A stretch of 64,000 nucleotides of DNA, taken from positions 70,432,001 to 70,496,000 of the forward strand of contig OZ024747.1 in assembly GCA_964016885.1 (NCBI GenBank), in the 5' to 3' direction. The position numbers and the translations under genes are program-made. Every line of letters begins with the position of its first letter. Position 1 is the first letter of the stretch. The notes under the pieces were generated by a model. It saw nothing but the letters and a program-made list of their open reading frames with translations, was not told the DNA's origin and did not search any database. Origin of the DNA: Eledone cirrhosa (lineage: Eukaryota). Below are positions 1 through 15,079 of the stretch, piece by piece.

Positions 1-1014
1 TGTTAAGTGGGAAGAAAGAAATACACATTGGTCTGACATGAGAGAAATGAAAAAGAAGGAAGGTGGAGAGAGGAAATAACGATAAAGAAGAGAAAGAAAC
101 GTTAAGAATTGCTGAGAAAAATAAATTTACAGGAAGAGATGGATGTAAAATAAACAGAAAGTGAGCCAGAATAATTACCAGAGAAAGAGGCGGATAATAA
201 GATTGAAGGGAGACTCCAAGTGAGAAGAAGAGATTTCCTCGCTATTTGCAAATAAAGCTGGTTTGGAGAAAGTGTGATTAGAAAAAGTGTCTGTTATTAT
301 AGCCGGCAGCAATACTAATACACTAGTCTCGTTACACCAGTCAGAAACAACGTGTTAACACTAGAAATGGTGATAAACATATTGGGTCTCAGTAGTGCAT
401 GACCCGGTGTTTCATACCAGCAAACGACTAACTACTAGCATGAAATCGGTACTTCCAGAAAGGAAGGAGTCGATATTTTACTCTTGCCTTTGCTATTCTT
501 TTATTTCTCTTTCTAGGTGACCGGATCTTGAACAATACATCGAAACATCTAGAGGAAATTACTTTTCTATTTCCTCTACATCATTATTTCCTTTTTTTTT
601 TTTTTTTTGGTTTTCTTTCTTTTTCTGAATGTAATTTAAAACGAATTTGACACTCATTTTCCTGTTTTTCTTGAATGGTGTTTTTAATTTGAATTCGAAA
701 TGTCTGCCTCGGTCAACAAGATCAGCTTGCGGAAACGGTACAAGTTAGCAGACTAAAAGGAGGATGTTTGGCACCAGTTGTAGTAGTGTATCCAATTGAT
801 CACTCTGACCAATGTCTCAGGACAACAGCAACAAAATACTTTCAGTACTATTTATTCAGTGCCTACATCTCTCATCATTCGTTAACGTAACAAATCACAT
901 ATGTGACAACTGCTAAAGCAATACGAAAACAAACGAAATGGCAATATTAAGTGGGAAAACAAAAGCTTAAAAATCAACATCAAAAGGAAATTCAAAGGAA
1001 CTGATGACAACAAT

Positions 1015-1215
1015 AATGGTTTCTAATTTCGGCACAAGGCATGCAATTTTTTATGTGTATAGTTAAAAGTCAATTCACTCAACCCAAATTGACTGGTACT
1101 ATATTTTATCGTCGATTCCCGAAAAGTAAAAGGCAAAGTTGACCTCGGAAAGATTTGAGTTTAGAATATAAAGAGTCGGATGCAATAATACTGGGCATTT
1201 TGTCCGGCGCTTATA
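1015..1215 (-). mobile_element. Same SINE family, reverse
   Basis: ggcacaaggc..ctggtact..aaaggcaaagttgacctcgg..atttga. Confidence 0.7.
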
Positions 1216-1659
1216 GAAGAGGTTAGTAGCTGAAATAGACACTGAATAAACGAAATTGTATATATATATATATATATATAAACATGAGAAGAATAAATAC
1301 TGCGTGGTTGCACATGGGTTACATATGATAAAAATAGTCTATATATATATATATGTATGATAACCGATGATAGCTGACACTTCTTTACATAAGACAGCCA
1401 TCTCTTCAACAAATTCCCTGCTATTATGAACCACCGCCAACTGTAGGCTGCTGGCCACATTGAAGACTGAACAGGCTTTGTTAATGTCAACTTTTCTAGG
1501 TATGGGTGAGCTTAGGCTTTTGAAAAAAATATCATTTAAAAAAACTCTTTTGCTGTAGTTTGAAAATGTTTTATAAAAGAAAAATGCATGAAATATTAAT
1601 GTTTGATTGCTAGAGTTATCGTAATATCGAATGGACCTCCGTCAGTTTCGACGTTCAGT

Positions 1660-1955
1660 GTCATAGTTGTTCGGAATAGCCTGCTCATGAGTTAACGTGT
1701 AAGTGTCTGATCATTCCATGAACACGTGTACCCTTAGTGTAATTGTCAAAGAGATGCAGCATGACAATATGTGACAAAGCTAGTCCTTTGAATTACAGGT
1801 ACAGTTTATTCGACGGCTTCCAATCAATTTCTCTATAGCCAATCTTAGTCACAAGTGAAAAGATGACCAATAGTGAATATGATTTACCCAAACTACTAAG
1901 TAGTGGGGTCGAACACGGAACCTAATGATTGCGAAACGAACTTTGTAGCCATGCA
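1660..1955 (-). mobile_element. Second SINE-like interspersed repeat (relatives about 47600-47800 and 61480-61720)
   Basis: B-box-like gttcgacccc on the minus strand; body resembles the other two sites. Confidence 0.45.
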
Positions 1956-2236
1956 ACTACACTATGTTCACTATCGCCATTTAATGCAGTGTAAGTCGGG
2001 GTCGTAGTTTACTGTAATAGTTGGAGGGGTTAAAATATTTTCAAGATTCGAGTGGATGTTAATTTGCTCTATATTCCATGTTATCTTTGTACTCCAATAA
2101 CTCTATATCATATATATGATTTGTTCTTTTCGTAGATGTTGAAGCCCTTTAGTGCCACATCGTGTTGAGTGGTGCTAGATAACTATATACGAAGGATTCC
2201 GTTTAGAACATTGATTGAGAAAGAAATATATATATA

Positions 2237-3099
2237 CTAGCAGTGGTATCCGGCGTTCCACGGGATAAGGTAAAAACTGCATGCCTGGACAATATGTAAA
2301 GAAAATAAACCGAATACTCTGATGGCTGGATAATCTTTAAGATTTTCCTCGATGAAACAGGAAAAATGCAGGTTTTCACCTAGGGGATCAAGAAAATGAA
2401 TTTTTTTATGTGCATAATACGCCTTGAAATTTCGGGAAAATCGGCTAGGTGTAACCTCAAAAAAGCCATAAAAAGCTGAAAAAAAATGAGGTTTTTCACC
2501 TAAAGCAGGCCCTAGGCCATAAAAAAGTTGCATTTTCTTTGCTCACGGTATGAAGAAGAGACTGACTAATACATAGTTACAATTTCAAGGAAATCGGTCT
2601 GACGTAACGCCTAAAAAAACCCCTAAAAATCTGGAAAAAATGCAGTTTTTCACCTCATGCGGGCTCTAGGGGATCAAAAAGTTGAATTTTACGTGCATAA
2701 CACTCCCTGAAACATAAGTAATACACATGTAAAGGTTGAAAAAAGTCGGTTAGGTACTTCTCGAGTTTTAGGGATTCAAACTCACAGACACACACGCACA
2801 CACACACACACACAGACATCCTCAGGGAAGTGACGTAATGCAGACAGCCAGACATACAGACAGATATTATAAGGGCGCGAGGTTATACGTATGTATCTAT
2901 CTAAAAAGAGAAAGACTAAGAATTATAGAGAGAGATGGCTAAATCGCCTAATGCAATCTCTAGCGCATTGAAAGTTTGAAACTTTTTTTTGCTCAGAACA
3001 CTCTCTGAAACATAAGTATTACATGTGTAAAGTCGGTTGGGTGCTTCGTGAGTTTTAGGGATTCAAACTCACACACACAGAGACAGACATCCTCAGTTT

Positions 3100-3105
<6 letters not shown>
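2237..3105 (-). mobile_element. Non-autonomous Helitron-like element
   Basis: Minus strand ends in hairpin tcccgtggaacgccgga + CTAG|T. The other end aaaactgaggatgtc follows (TA)n. Internal duplication 2690-2825 / 2995-3097; a TC-start terminus fold-back lies at 3234-3272. Confidence 0.5.
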
Positions 3106-3708
<603 letters not shown>

Positions 3709-5159
3709 GCGACAGAGGCTTTGACATATTAAGTTACTATTCGAGGCTAACACAACTGCTACACTACCAGTGCAATCGCCGCACCCCTACTACCACACTC
3801 ACTCTGTCATATCATATATACAAATATAAATGTAAGTGACTGGTGCAACTATTAATGAGTCACATTTAGTTCTTAAGTGGCATCCCCTTTAAAAAAAATC
3901 TTCTGCATGATTGCTAGGAAAATATGGCTTTATCCCACATTGGAATGCAACGACTGTAGCAGTGGACATGAACGTTGTGAGAACTCTTCAGAAATTGTTG
4001 ACAAATGTCTGGTTGACACTAACACGGGCAGCAGCTGGAAGGCACCATAAACGCTGCTAATCAGTTTATTAAAAAAGAAAATATTAGAACTAATACACTG
4101 CTGCACACGTAGAAGGGAAATTATAATAGAGTTAATATAATTATAATAAAACCACATTTGGTAACAAAATAACAATAGCCGAGAAAACTGAAAGCTAACA
4201 AATGTGTTGCCCAAATCCTTCTTTATTTACTCATTTACTTACTCTCTCACTCACACACTAACTCTCTATTTCTCGCTCACACTCTAACTCTATCTCTCTT
4301 TCTCTCTCAATCACTCCTACTTATATATATATATATATATATATAACTTTATATCGCTTTCTCTTCATTTCTATCTGTATTTCTTTATGTCCCCCTCCGA
4401 ATCTTTATCTTTTTAATTCTGCTTCTCGGAAACCTCTCAACATCCAGTTTCCTTACATTTACGCATCTCGTAATTCCCATATTTCAGGTTTAACTTTTTC
4501 GTTTCCACATTTATTATGATAATTGTTTCTACTTTTTTGCACAAGGCCAGCAATTATCCCAGTGTATTACTGGTATTTTATTTTATCCACCCACATTTAT
4601 TATGATAATGCTGCCTATGGTTTTCAAATAAATTTTTAAATAATCAAAAATGCCCAAAGATTTAATAATTTAACTAACATTCTCTCTATAAAGTTGGTGT
4701 TTGGAGCATAATTTAACAAATGCTCCCATATAAAATTTAGATGGGCGGTTTTGAGATAAATAACATTTTAAATCAAAGTTTTAAGATAGAACCAAATGCG
4801 GTTTCAGGCGGTTTGGCATCAAATGAAATAACATTGATTTTCTCTTTTTCATCATCATTTTATTTATATATCTATTTAATATTTTATCAATTTTGACATA
4901 CTTTCTTTCCACACACTATTTTCCCCATTTCTCTTCACTAATTCTATGCCTTCTTGTTATATTTTTCAATATCCTCTTTTCTTTTTCTCTGCGTCCCATT
5001 TTCCACTCCTTATATATTCTACAATCTCACTTTTCTCCACATTTCTCCATTATTTCTACTCTTTCTTTTCACAGTTCTTCACTCAGTTTTTCTGATACAA
5101 TTAACATGATCATTCTCCTGTCTAATTAATATTCATTATCTTTCCCTAGTGGGTTTCCC

Positions 5160-5348
5160 GGTGGGTTGGCAGTATCGGTAGAGGTTCGGACGCCATGCTT
5201 TGACGCATAGAGTTACGGCCCTTGCCATTCTGAGTTCAAATCCCGCCGAGGTTAACTTTGCCTTTCATCCTTACGGGGTCGATAAAATAAAGTACCAGTA
5301 ATGTACTGGGTAATTTTCTGGCCTTGTGCCAATAGTAGAAACAATTAT
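5160..5348 (+). mobile_element. tRNA-derived SINE (Octopus-type)
   Basis: A-box-like TGGCAGTATCGG, B-box GAGTTCAAATCC, core ctttgcctttcatcc..gtcgataaaataaagtacc, tail ggccttgtgcc..tagaaacaatt. Confidence 0.8.
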
Positions 5349-5399
5349 CTTTCCCTATTCTTTACTCCCAATTCCGCTGTCATATTATTATTATTATTA

Positions 5400-5870
5400 T
5401 TTTCATTCGTAACCTATTTGCTCTGGCCGTTGTTATACCAACACTACCATAAGAGATTATAGAATATATAAGGAGTGGAAAATGCCAACGGCCAAAGGTC
5501 CTTCTTTAATTTTTTAACAATCCCCTTAGAATCCTTGCTGTTCCTCGCAAGGCTAATGGTAATTCCTAGCTTCTAAAGCCATGCATCTAACCTTTTACTA
5601 ACTGCTCCCAGTGCAGCAACCACAATCGGTACCATCTCTACATGTCTGATTCTCCATAGTTTCCCGATTTCCCTCTTCAACTCCTGGTATATCTCAACTT
5701 TCTCCCTTTCCCTCTCATTCACAATATCCACAATACTTGGCTCGTTTCTATGACAACATTATCAGGTTTTCTAGCCATGATAAAATGGTCGCACTGGATG
5801 GTCATGTCCCACAAGATTTTATATTGTTCGTTTTCAGCAATCCTTTTCAGTTGTACTCATACCATTTCTC
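5400..5870 (-). mobile_element. Second R4/Dong-like 3' fragment
   Basis: Homologous to 53420-53840 (actgctcccagtgca..aaaatggtcgcactggatggtcatgtcc); (TTA)n at 5385-5400. Confidence 0.7.
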
Positions 5871-7811
5871 ACTTCTGCTCATGCGGATCTGGCAAAGTTG
5901 TTGTGCCTTCCGTTGTACTGTATATGTGGCCTTTTGTGGGCTTTCTCCACGAGTGACCCTCTGCAGTCTTCCCACCTCTATTGGGAAATTTTCTTTTATT
6001 CTAATTTTTTTTGCATTTTTGTTTTATGATTTTTTACACGCAGTAACTCCATTTGTACCGCGCTGTACCATGCTGTGTTATACTTAATGTTATTCTTTTG
6101 TAAACACTTGTTAATAAGGAAACCATAATTATTATTATCATTATTATCATCATTAGTGGTAGTAGTTGTTGTTGTTGTAGTAGTAAATCAGTACTCATAG
6201 AACAGACTCTTACTATAATTCTTATCTTTTATGGGATGAACCGCCCTAGGAAATTCTTTAACAATAACATAGATTTAAATCAGCATGGCGCCTCTCATTT
6301 CCATTGATGGAATCCTTCTAAAAAAGAGATAGCTCTTTTCTGGAGAGTTTTTCTTACATTATTAAATGCTCTCTTCACCTTTTAAGTGAAAATGAAAAGA
6401 GGGTACAAAAGAAAATATCGTGAAACACACTAGATAGATGAAAATATAAAAATCAGGAAATAGATTGTAAAAGGGGTTAATGACACCCAACAAGATTCAT
6501 TATGATTAATACAAGACTTAAAGGACTTTTCACTAGTAAGCAACTAAAAATATTTCCATGACAACAACTGGACAAAAAGCACTTAGAATATAAATATTAT
6601 TTTTTTCCATGCCCCTGGACACAGTTGCTTTGATTTATTAATGAAAAAGCTGCATTTATCTTTCAAAGAGAATTCATCATTTATTATTAAAGAAAAAGTT
6701 GATACACAAATATGTTCATCAAATGAAAAGCCAACTACGCCTTATTGTAGGAAAAGTAGATTTTGTTTTTATAGCGGACATCACTTCAGTTTCATACAGA
6801 TCATAATTCTATTATTCCTACACTAAGATTACTATTTCATTTCATTATTCCCTTTCATCTTTGTATTTTTTCTATCTCCTTGGTCTAGAATTAGGACAAG
6901 GAACAATCTATCTACCAATTCATCCTTGTTCTTGTTTGATTAATTTATTTGCATTGATGGAAAAGTGGAGATTTTGTTAATAGCAGAAAATTCAATAAAA
7001 ATAACTCTAGCGCAAACAACAGAGTTTTCTTTCTAGGGTGCTATCATACTTTTTAGTAAGGGTAATCATTATTATTGTATTTGATAGTTAGAAATGATGA
7101 TGTATTTGCTTTTTCATAATCTATTTGATGAGTCTTGCTGCTGATGTAAAGTACTGAGAACTTGGCTAAATGCATTATGATATCCTGCCGGAACTGAGTT
7201 CAAATCCCGTTTGAATAGAATAAGTCATTAATTTGATCGATAAAATAATTTCCAGCTATTATACAGTTATTGCTATTTTACAATGTGCTCTTGTCACTAA
7301 GAAAGTAATGTACTCTATTAGATTTGTAATGTATTAAGGTAAGTTTTATTCGTAGTTTCTCATTCTAAGCATAATATAATAAATTCTATATGCCATCTAT
7401 TATATGACTTTTTTTTTTTGTAGAAATCTACATTGTTCAACGCAAGTAAAACATTTCTTAAAGAAGATGAAAATATTTGTAAAATATGTTTTCAGAAAAG
7501 ATAGCATGTGGGATATATGACAGACGTTATAAAAAATGGCAATTTACTTACGAAACATTGGGAAGATTTGGAATGTGTACATCCCAACGCAAATGGTGAT
7601 AATAATAGTCGATCACTATAAATAATAGTCGAGAAAATCGGGAAAGGTACCCCTAGGTAGGTAAAAATCTAGACACGAGTTCCTGAATGTACGTGATAGA
7701 TTTTCTAGATAATTTGTAATTAATAATAATTTATTGCATAGTTCCAGAATAACTGTTTCTTTCCAGATTGAATAAGATCCCCAAACCTAAATCTGATATA
7801 CTTCTAATATA

Positions 7812-7891
<80 letters not shown>

Positions 7892-7895
<4 letters not shown>

Positions 7896-8500
7896 CAGCA
7901 TTTCATTTTCTCCTGCTAGGTGTGCTGCCATTGAAGGATAAGCTTAACGACTTCTCAAACCTATCGTCATTCTTGCTTGGTTCCAAAGCAAAATCTTTTC
8001 TGGGGACAATAGACAGGATGAGAACTCAAAACACATAGATCCAGAGTAAATAATGATTGACATCTCATCCCACTCCTTTCTAATATTTCCACCAATCTAA
8101 TGCTTTGAACTGGTAACAATAGAGAAATTATAAGCCTGCAAATGATAATTGATAAATGCATACAGAGGTATGTTTCAGATATATAAAGGAATATAATGCG
8201 ATTGCATGATATCCTTAATTCTTTCAAGAGTATTATGGACTGTTGAGCAAATGTGTATTAGCATAGCTTCAAAGCGATTTCAGTATTTTGAGTAAATTTG
8301 GGTAGGCAGACACTGTTCTGAATTCCTCCAATGCAGTCTACCTGGAATTCAAATGTTCAGAGTTCTCTGAATTTTCTCAGAGTATTGCATTAAGGGTAAA
8401 AGTGTCGGTGGATTACTCAGCCACATATAAACAGTTAGTTCAGTTGATAGAGTGACTGATTACCCATTGTGGAATGTGACTTAGTTCAATTTGCTGCTTC
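7892..8500 (-). mobile_element. Possible old RTE-like LINE 3' end
   Basis: Decayed HP...ILLW-like terminal motif on the minus strand ending at a (GA)n tract; boundaries uncertain. Confidence 0.3.
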
Positions 8501-10385
8501 ATGAGTACCAATGATCATTAGTGGAATAAATGAAGAGAGCAGCTGGAAGTCAAAAGAATTCAATTACAGGTCATCCCCACACTCTTCTGAAATCACACTA
8601 CAAATTTTACTGTTTGATTTTTCATTGCTATAAAGGATTATGGAGATCAGTAGATGAAATCATTGGTGTTGTGCCTGACAAAACATATTTTATTTCAAGT
8701 CGCATTTGGGACATAAGAGTCTCACTAGATTTTACCGGACCAATCACCAAAACAATGCATTTATGATGCTCGAATTAGAAAGAATATTGCACAGAACTTC
8801 ATTCAAAAGTAATTCAAAAGTTTCGGTTTATTCATATAGATAGCTACACCCCTACCCACATATATACTGCTGGTTTTTGCATATTCCTTCTAAGAAAATA
8901 CATTCAAAAGATATTGGCCAAACTGAGGATCTAGAAGAAAAAAAATTAAAAGTGACCTACATTGGGATGGAACATGGAACAAAATGCTGACAAACAGAAT
9001 TACTTAGCCACACAACCGCATTGCAGTATTAGGGATTTAGTTGCAATCGCACCGAAAGTCTATCAGATAAGTACTTTTTACTTGCGGAGAGTAATTCAAT
9101 GTAATGTCCTTCCCTAGAATTTCTCTGCGTGGAATATTTACCTTAGTAATATCTCCTGTATGCATGTATATGTTTCTATGTAGTGATCAAGGGTAATAGC
9201 GCGAATAAGTCACTGATAGCTTGTTACGTTTCTTCGTTAGTCTGCCCTGCTTCTTTGACGTATAAAACCCCAGACTCATGACACTTCATTATCCCAATGG
9301 AGAAAGCAGCTACCATGGATCTGCAGCTGCATTCATGTTGCTTGTAGAACCGGAGGCTTGGGTCTCAGAGAAACACGGATGCAGAGGCAGTTGCTGTCCA
9401 GTTGAGTAGCAGTTGGCAACGAGGGCACAGATATGGAGTTTAGGTGAACAAATCTTTATTAGATGATATACGAGCTGACCTGTATTTAATTTTCCTGTTC
9501 TACATTAGCCTAATCCACTACATCGTTTAAAACCCAATTAACCTTCTCTCACAATTTCGCTTCATAACCAGAATGTTTTTCGTCATGCTAAAACAAACCA
9601 GCATTATATATAACTTGATAAAACATCAAGCATCACTACTATCTGGTATTGAACCAGTATAGACTTGGGTACACACACGAACAACATATCAAAGTCAACG
9701 TCAGTGTTTCTGTTTATTCAGATATGACTCTCCAGAGAATTCTCCCCTTTTAAATCAAAAAGAAATGTAATTCTATTCAGCTAATATCCCTTCAACTAAA
9801 GCCTTACTGGACAACCTATCCCCGAACATTTCAGATGTATAATGACACTCTGGTAAATTATTTCAATGTTCTTCGCATTTCTTCGACATGTTTTCTGTCT
9901 TGAGAGACTTGTCAGTCCTCTTGATACTCTTTCGAAACGTAACAGTGTTAAGCAAATGCAAAAGATGCTGTCAAAATCCAATTTTAATATCGAATAACCG
10001 GACAACAACATTCTCATAGGAATTCCGAAAAGTTTCTTTTTATTCAAACTATATTTTCCTCTGAATAGAAAAAGTTATCTGATGCACAAGTAAATAAATT
10101 CTATAAGGCTTAATAAGTATTTGTAACAGCTGCAGAAAGCGATATCTGTATCAGTAATTCACAATTCGTTAAACGGAAAATAAAAATAATAAGTAAATAA
10201 GGATTTTATTTTTTCTTCTATTGAATAACTCCCAAAATTTGTAATTCTCTTTAGAGAAAACAAATTTCGTTAAAAACATTTTCAGAAATATTTTCATTAT
10301 CAAATTGTAGCCAGTGTCCCTAACAAAACCGTCGGCTAAATATAATTAAAAATCACAATAACAGGAAGATTAATATTAAAAATAA

Positions 10386-10695
10386 TAGTTTCTGGTTTAG
10401 GCACAAGGCTAACAAATTTGGGGGAGTGGGACGTCGATGAAATCTACACAGTACTTTATTTTAACGATCCCGTAAGGATGAAAGGCAAAGCTAACCTCGG
10501 CGAGATTTGAACTTAGAACGTAAAGGGTTGCAATTCTATGTAGAGAAGCATTGTGTCCGACGGACTATCGATACTTCCAATCCACAAACCTAACGATATT
10601 AGTTTCTGATTTAGGCACAAGGCCAACACCTTTTGGGGAGGGGAAAGACGATTAAATCGACCCAGTGCCTAACTGGTACTTTATGTTATCGACAC
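10386..10695 (-). mobile_element. Same SINE family, one near-full copy + one 3' fragment (other fragments 4522-4592, 13811-13890, 46116-46155)
   Basis: Same core and tail motifs in reverse. Confidence 0.72.
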
Positions 10696-11063
10696 TTGTT
10701 CAGGTATTTCTGTTGTTGACAAATTGTAAATGTTCACGAAAACACTGACAGTCTCACCATCACCATCACCTATGGCATTAGCAGAGTTTTTCTTATATCA
10801 GTGGTACAGTCTTTTCTTATATCAACATTTTTTCTATCAAAAATTGTTGAATTAATAAATGTGATGTGAATTTCTTAATCCACAGCGTGGCGGATTCATC
10901 GAAAAGACTCGATGAATAAATATTACAAAAATAAGAACAATGTTCCTAAGCAAACATGAGTGTCACTTGTATTTCCCTCCCCATACATTGGTGACCAAAA
11001 GCCCCTGCCCACATCTCCGTGAACATATGGTTAAGTAATAACTGAACCCGCACACACACACAC

Positions 11064-11184
<121 letters not shown>

Positions 11185-11413
11185 TATATATATATATACA
11201 TATATATATATGTATATATATATGTAAATGTTATGTATATATATATATATATACATTTTATTCTGGATATGAGTTATCACATAAATGGTTTATATAAATA
11301 TTAGTAATAATAATAAATTAGAAGACTAAAATCCAAAGAGGGCTCGATAAGGATGAATATGTATCAAATATATAAGAACCGTAGAGCAAATATTTATTAA
11401 AATAACAGATTAC

Positions 11414-11464
11414 AGTTTAAGCAAAGAATCGCTGCTTTAACCCTTAACGGGATCTTCTGAAACT
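11414..11464 (-). ncRNA. Hammerhead motif copy with damaged GAAA (UAAA); the copy at 19150-19200 (-) has core CAAAAGA
   Basis: Reverse complement of the family motif with single core substitutions. Confidence 0.55.
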
Positions 11465-12390
11465 AACAAAGTCAATCTGTAAACGCAGAAATGGATATTT
11501 CAAAAAACGTTGCAACCGGAGGAAGACAGGAAGACGATACTTTGGTTCCTGGAAACGTTCGCTGGCTAAGAACGGGAAAAAACGAATATAATACGTCATT
11601 AATAGGAGCGGTGAAAAACAATTACGCGCAAAGACAGAACCACGTTTATGGTATAAAAGAGGTCGTAGACTAATGTTCTCTTAGATGGTGCATAGAGACG
11701 TTCTCTGGCAATGCACGAAAAAAACGAAGATAATACGTCATATGTGGAGCGTGGAGAACAATAGCACGCAAAGACAAAACCACGTAAATGGTATAGCAGA
11801 AGTCGTAGACTAAATTCTAACTAGGAGACCGAATGAATCTCCGCTACAGAGTTAAGAAATAAATACAACACAGAAGTAATAGAAATAAATAAATACATAC
11901 ACGCAAACAAATACATACATACACAAGCATACGCAAAAACTTACCATAGGTAAACAAAACCACGCACATATAAATGTGTGTGTGTGTGTGTAAGCGTGTA
12001 TACAAATAAATAAATAATTATATAAACGTATATAAATAAATAAATACGTATATAACAAGCGCACACACATACCTACATGTAAATACACGAATGTTCGGAG
12101 ACGTAAGTCCACCAAAATATGAAGTACACATATACACACGCCCTACATACGTACGAACCTGCATACTCACACAGACGCAAAACTCCCGTATACACATAGC
12201 CGAACCATATGTACCAGAATATATGAAAAAATTATACGCCATAACAACCAAATATACGTACGAGAAGGTATATGTACCTTCACAAAACATACGGATAATA
12301 TATACTTACCTATGCAAATAAGTAAAGGTATAAACAAAACATATACTTAGCTCCCACATCGAGACGTAGAATATCCACGTATAGATCGTA

Positions 12391-13570
12391 CTATCCGTTA
12401 GGGTATAACGTGGTGCTGTAATACAGGAAAGTTTTGTGCAATTTATGTTTACAGGCCGAAATTGCCTCAGATTTTTTGTTTAAGATGTGGTCTGTGGCGT
12501 AGAGTATTTCCAGGGCCTCAGCGGCGCAGAGGTCACATGGTCTTTTATTTCCGTTATACGATCTAGCCCTAGCTAGGATCTCCCAGTGTAACTTATATTG
12601 TGTGTGGTTGTCTTTTAGACTCCAGATATAAGCTGAAAGTGACGTCATATTCCTTCTTAGAGGGTAACGAAAAGAATGGGTATGCATGTAAAGACGCTGC
12701 TTGAATCTATTGGCAGTTAACCCTATGTAGGCCCTACGGGACGTGGGTGTTACAACCTTACATTTGTAGACAATGTTACTAGAGAGGCATTTCCCGGATA
12801 GGGGGCAATCAACCCAATTCCTACAATTACAGTTAGTACTAACTACAGGGTTGCACGTGTTCCTACGGCTAGGTAGTTTAGCTAAATTTGAAGCTGTGAT
12901 GTTATGTGCAAGGTTATGAGTCGTAGAGTAAGAAATTTTAATAGTATTTCTATTAAAAATTTTACTATATTTATGTGTAGGGGGAAAATGCTTCGTAATA
13001 AGGGAAAGAAAGATCTTAGCTAATGGTGTGGCCACCTCCACATTATATGGTGGGTTATACCAACAAATGCGACGGGATCTATTTCTTCTAGTTCTATTTT
13101 CGTACTCTGTATATGCTACCTTATCGACAAATCCACTTCGAGCAAGAGCTTCATTGTAATAAGTGGAATGGTCCTTGAAAATACGCTCGTTGGTGGAAAG
13201 ACGGGAAAGCCTCAACGAAACGTTTCTTACCAGGTTCTTGGTTACGCTGGCAGGATGGTTGGAATGCTTACTTATGTAAGTAAGCGTATCATTTGGCTTT
13301 CTATACGGGTAATACAACCCATTCAATAAGTTGAGGGTAACGTTGAGGTAATTAACGACCGAGAGGTTGGCCTCAACCTGTATAGAAAGGTTGAAGCCTT
13401 TAAAGAAGGCTGTGAGTTCTTTTCTGAACCTGTCGCAAGAACGAGGTCCGCACTTAGTCATGGTCAAAAGACCATCGTCACGGTACAAACCACCGCTCGC
13501 GTTGGGGAAATCGTCCTTGATAGAGAAAAGAAGAAAAAGGCCGATAAGATAATTAACCTCCGCAGAATCA
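12391..13570 (-). pseudogene. C-terminal half of PLE protein (RT YRDD, thumb, CxC linker, GIY-YIG), uninterrupted but 5'-truncated
   Basis: ORF 12391-13488 (YRDDGL...CNCRNWVDCPLSGKC...AYIGLTANRFKQR...CDLCAAE...CKH); the frame stays open to the truncation near 13570. Confidence 0.9.
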
Positions 13571-13575
13571 CTGTT

Positions 13576-13626
13576 AGTTTCAGAAGATCCCGTTAAGGGT
13601 GAAAGCAGCGATTCTTTGCTTAAACT
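13576..13626 (+). ncRNA. Hammerhead motif (U4A variant) in inverted 5' piece
   Basis: Same core and stems as 31532-31582. Confidence 0.68.
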
Positions 13627-13637
13627 GTAATCTGTTA

Positions 13638-13701
<64 letters not shown>

Positions 13702-13707
13702 AATATA

Positions 13708-13753
<46 letters not shown>

Positions 13754-13758
13754 AATGG

Positions 13759-13814
<56 letters not shown>

Positions 13815-14102
13815 GTTTCTACTTTTGGCACAAGGCCAGCAATTACCCAGTTCATTACTGGTACTTTACTTTATCGACCCCGTAAGGATATATAATGACA
13901 GGGTTTGAGTGTGGTATGGATTGAAAAGTGGTCCACTACGGAAGTAGGAGCTACAGAACAAAGAAAGTGTGGTGTGAAACCAGCTGGAACAGAGTATTCG
14001 ATAATTAGGGCAGTAGAGTCACTCTAGTACCCTACGTATCGAGCACTCTGGTGCGTTATGGTCCACCTGGTTTCTTACCACACTTCCTTTGTTATACATA
14101 TA

Positions 14103-14145
14103 TATCGAGCCCTCTTCCGATTTTAGTCTTCACATTTATTATTAT

Positions 14146-14209
<64 letters not shown>

Positions 14210-14323
14210 TTATTAAAATAACAGATTAAAGTTTAAGCAAAGAATAGCTGCTTTCACCCTTAACGGGATCTATCCTTATCGAGCCCTCTTTGGACTTTAG
14301 TCTTCAAATTTATTATTATTACT
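14103..14323. mobile_element. Short pLTR shards of the main PLE family in mixed orientation (also 35385-35448 and 36153-36226)
   Basis: atcgagccctctt..tattattattact (+) and taaagtttaagcaaagaat..cccttaacgggatc (-) embedded in (TA)n. Confidence 0.8.
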
Positions 14324-15033
14324 ATATATATATAGATATACTATAAAGTATGTCCATAGAATCATTTGATAAGATATATACACCATTTCCTCTCCCGATC
14401 AGCATAATCAACCTCACAAAAAACAATTAAACCAGGCTATAAGATTAAAAGGCACCTATGAAGAAATAATAGATAAATAAACGGCAGCCATCTATTCGCG
14501 ATAAACAGCTATAGAATATTTACCCAGCATTTCAATAGCACGTGGAAATCGATTAAATATATCGTCCACCATACATAATTAGGTATAAAATTAAAATTAG
14601 AAGAAAAAATGTATATAAACATACCAGGATTACGTTTCTACTGCTTGGGATTTCATTCGCTTTTGGAAATATCCGATCAAGGATAAATCTCGAGCTTCGA
14701 AATCACCAGGAAACAAACTCACTTGGACGAAGATTTTTCTTAAATGATTCCAGCCAGAATCGAATTCAAAATGGCTAAGAACTGTGACGTGGCAGTGGTC
14801 AAGTCAGAAAGAATGTGATTGGTGCCTTACGGCGAGTGGGATGGTTGCTAGAAAGCGCAGCCTAATATTGCCTAAATTGCATATGGGAGATTATCAAATA
14901 TAAAGATTTACATGTACACAAACTAGACAAAGTCATATATATATATGTCTTGGGCAACCATTCACGATGTGGCTCAATGATGAATTAATTAATTTAATAA
15001 TCAGAGCAATATACTATAAAGTATGTCCATAGA

Positions 15034-15074
<41 letters not shown>

Positions 15075-15079
<5 letters not shown>

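Larger units (their letters stand above)
11303..13643 (-). mobile_element. 5'-truncated copy of the same PLE family with an inverted pLTR/HHR piece (13572-13643) at its 5' end
   Basis: Reverse complement matches about 32675-34947. At 13571 the sequence switches to + strand pLTR (gttagtttcagaagatccc...ttattttaat) followed by (TA)n. Confidence 0.92.

Noticed and set aside
5160-5245. tRNA-like A/B boxes
   Set aside because: SINE head with no cloverleaf; not a tRNA gene.
11491-12321. Recurrent small ORFs (MDISKNVATGG..., MCICVLH...) seen at three loci
   Set aside because: Repeated only because they lie in the PLE 3'UTR; frames are not preserved between copies.
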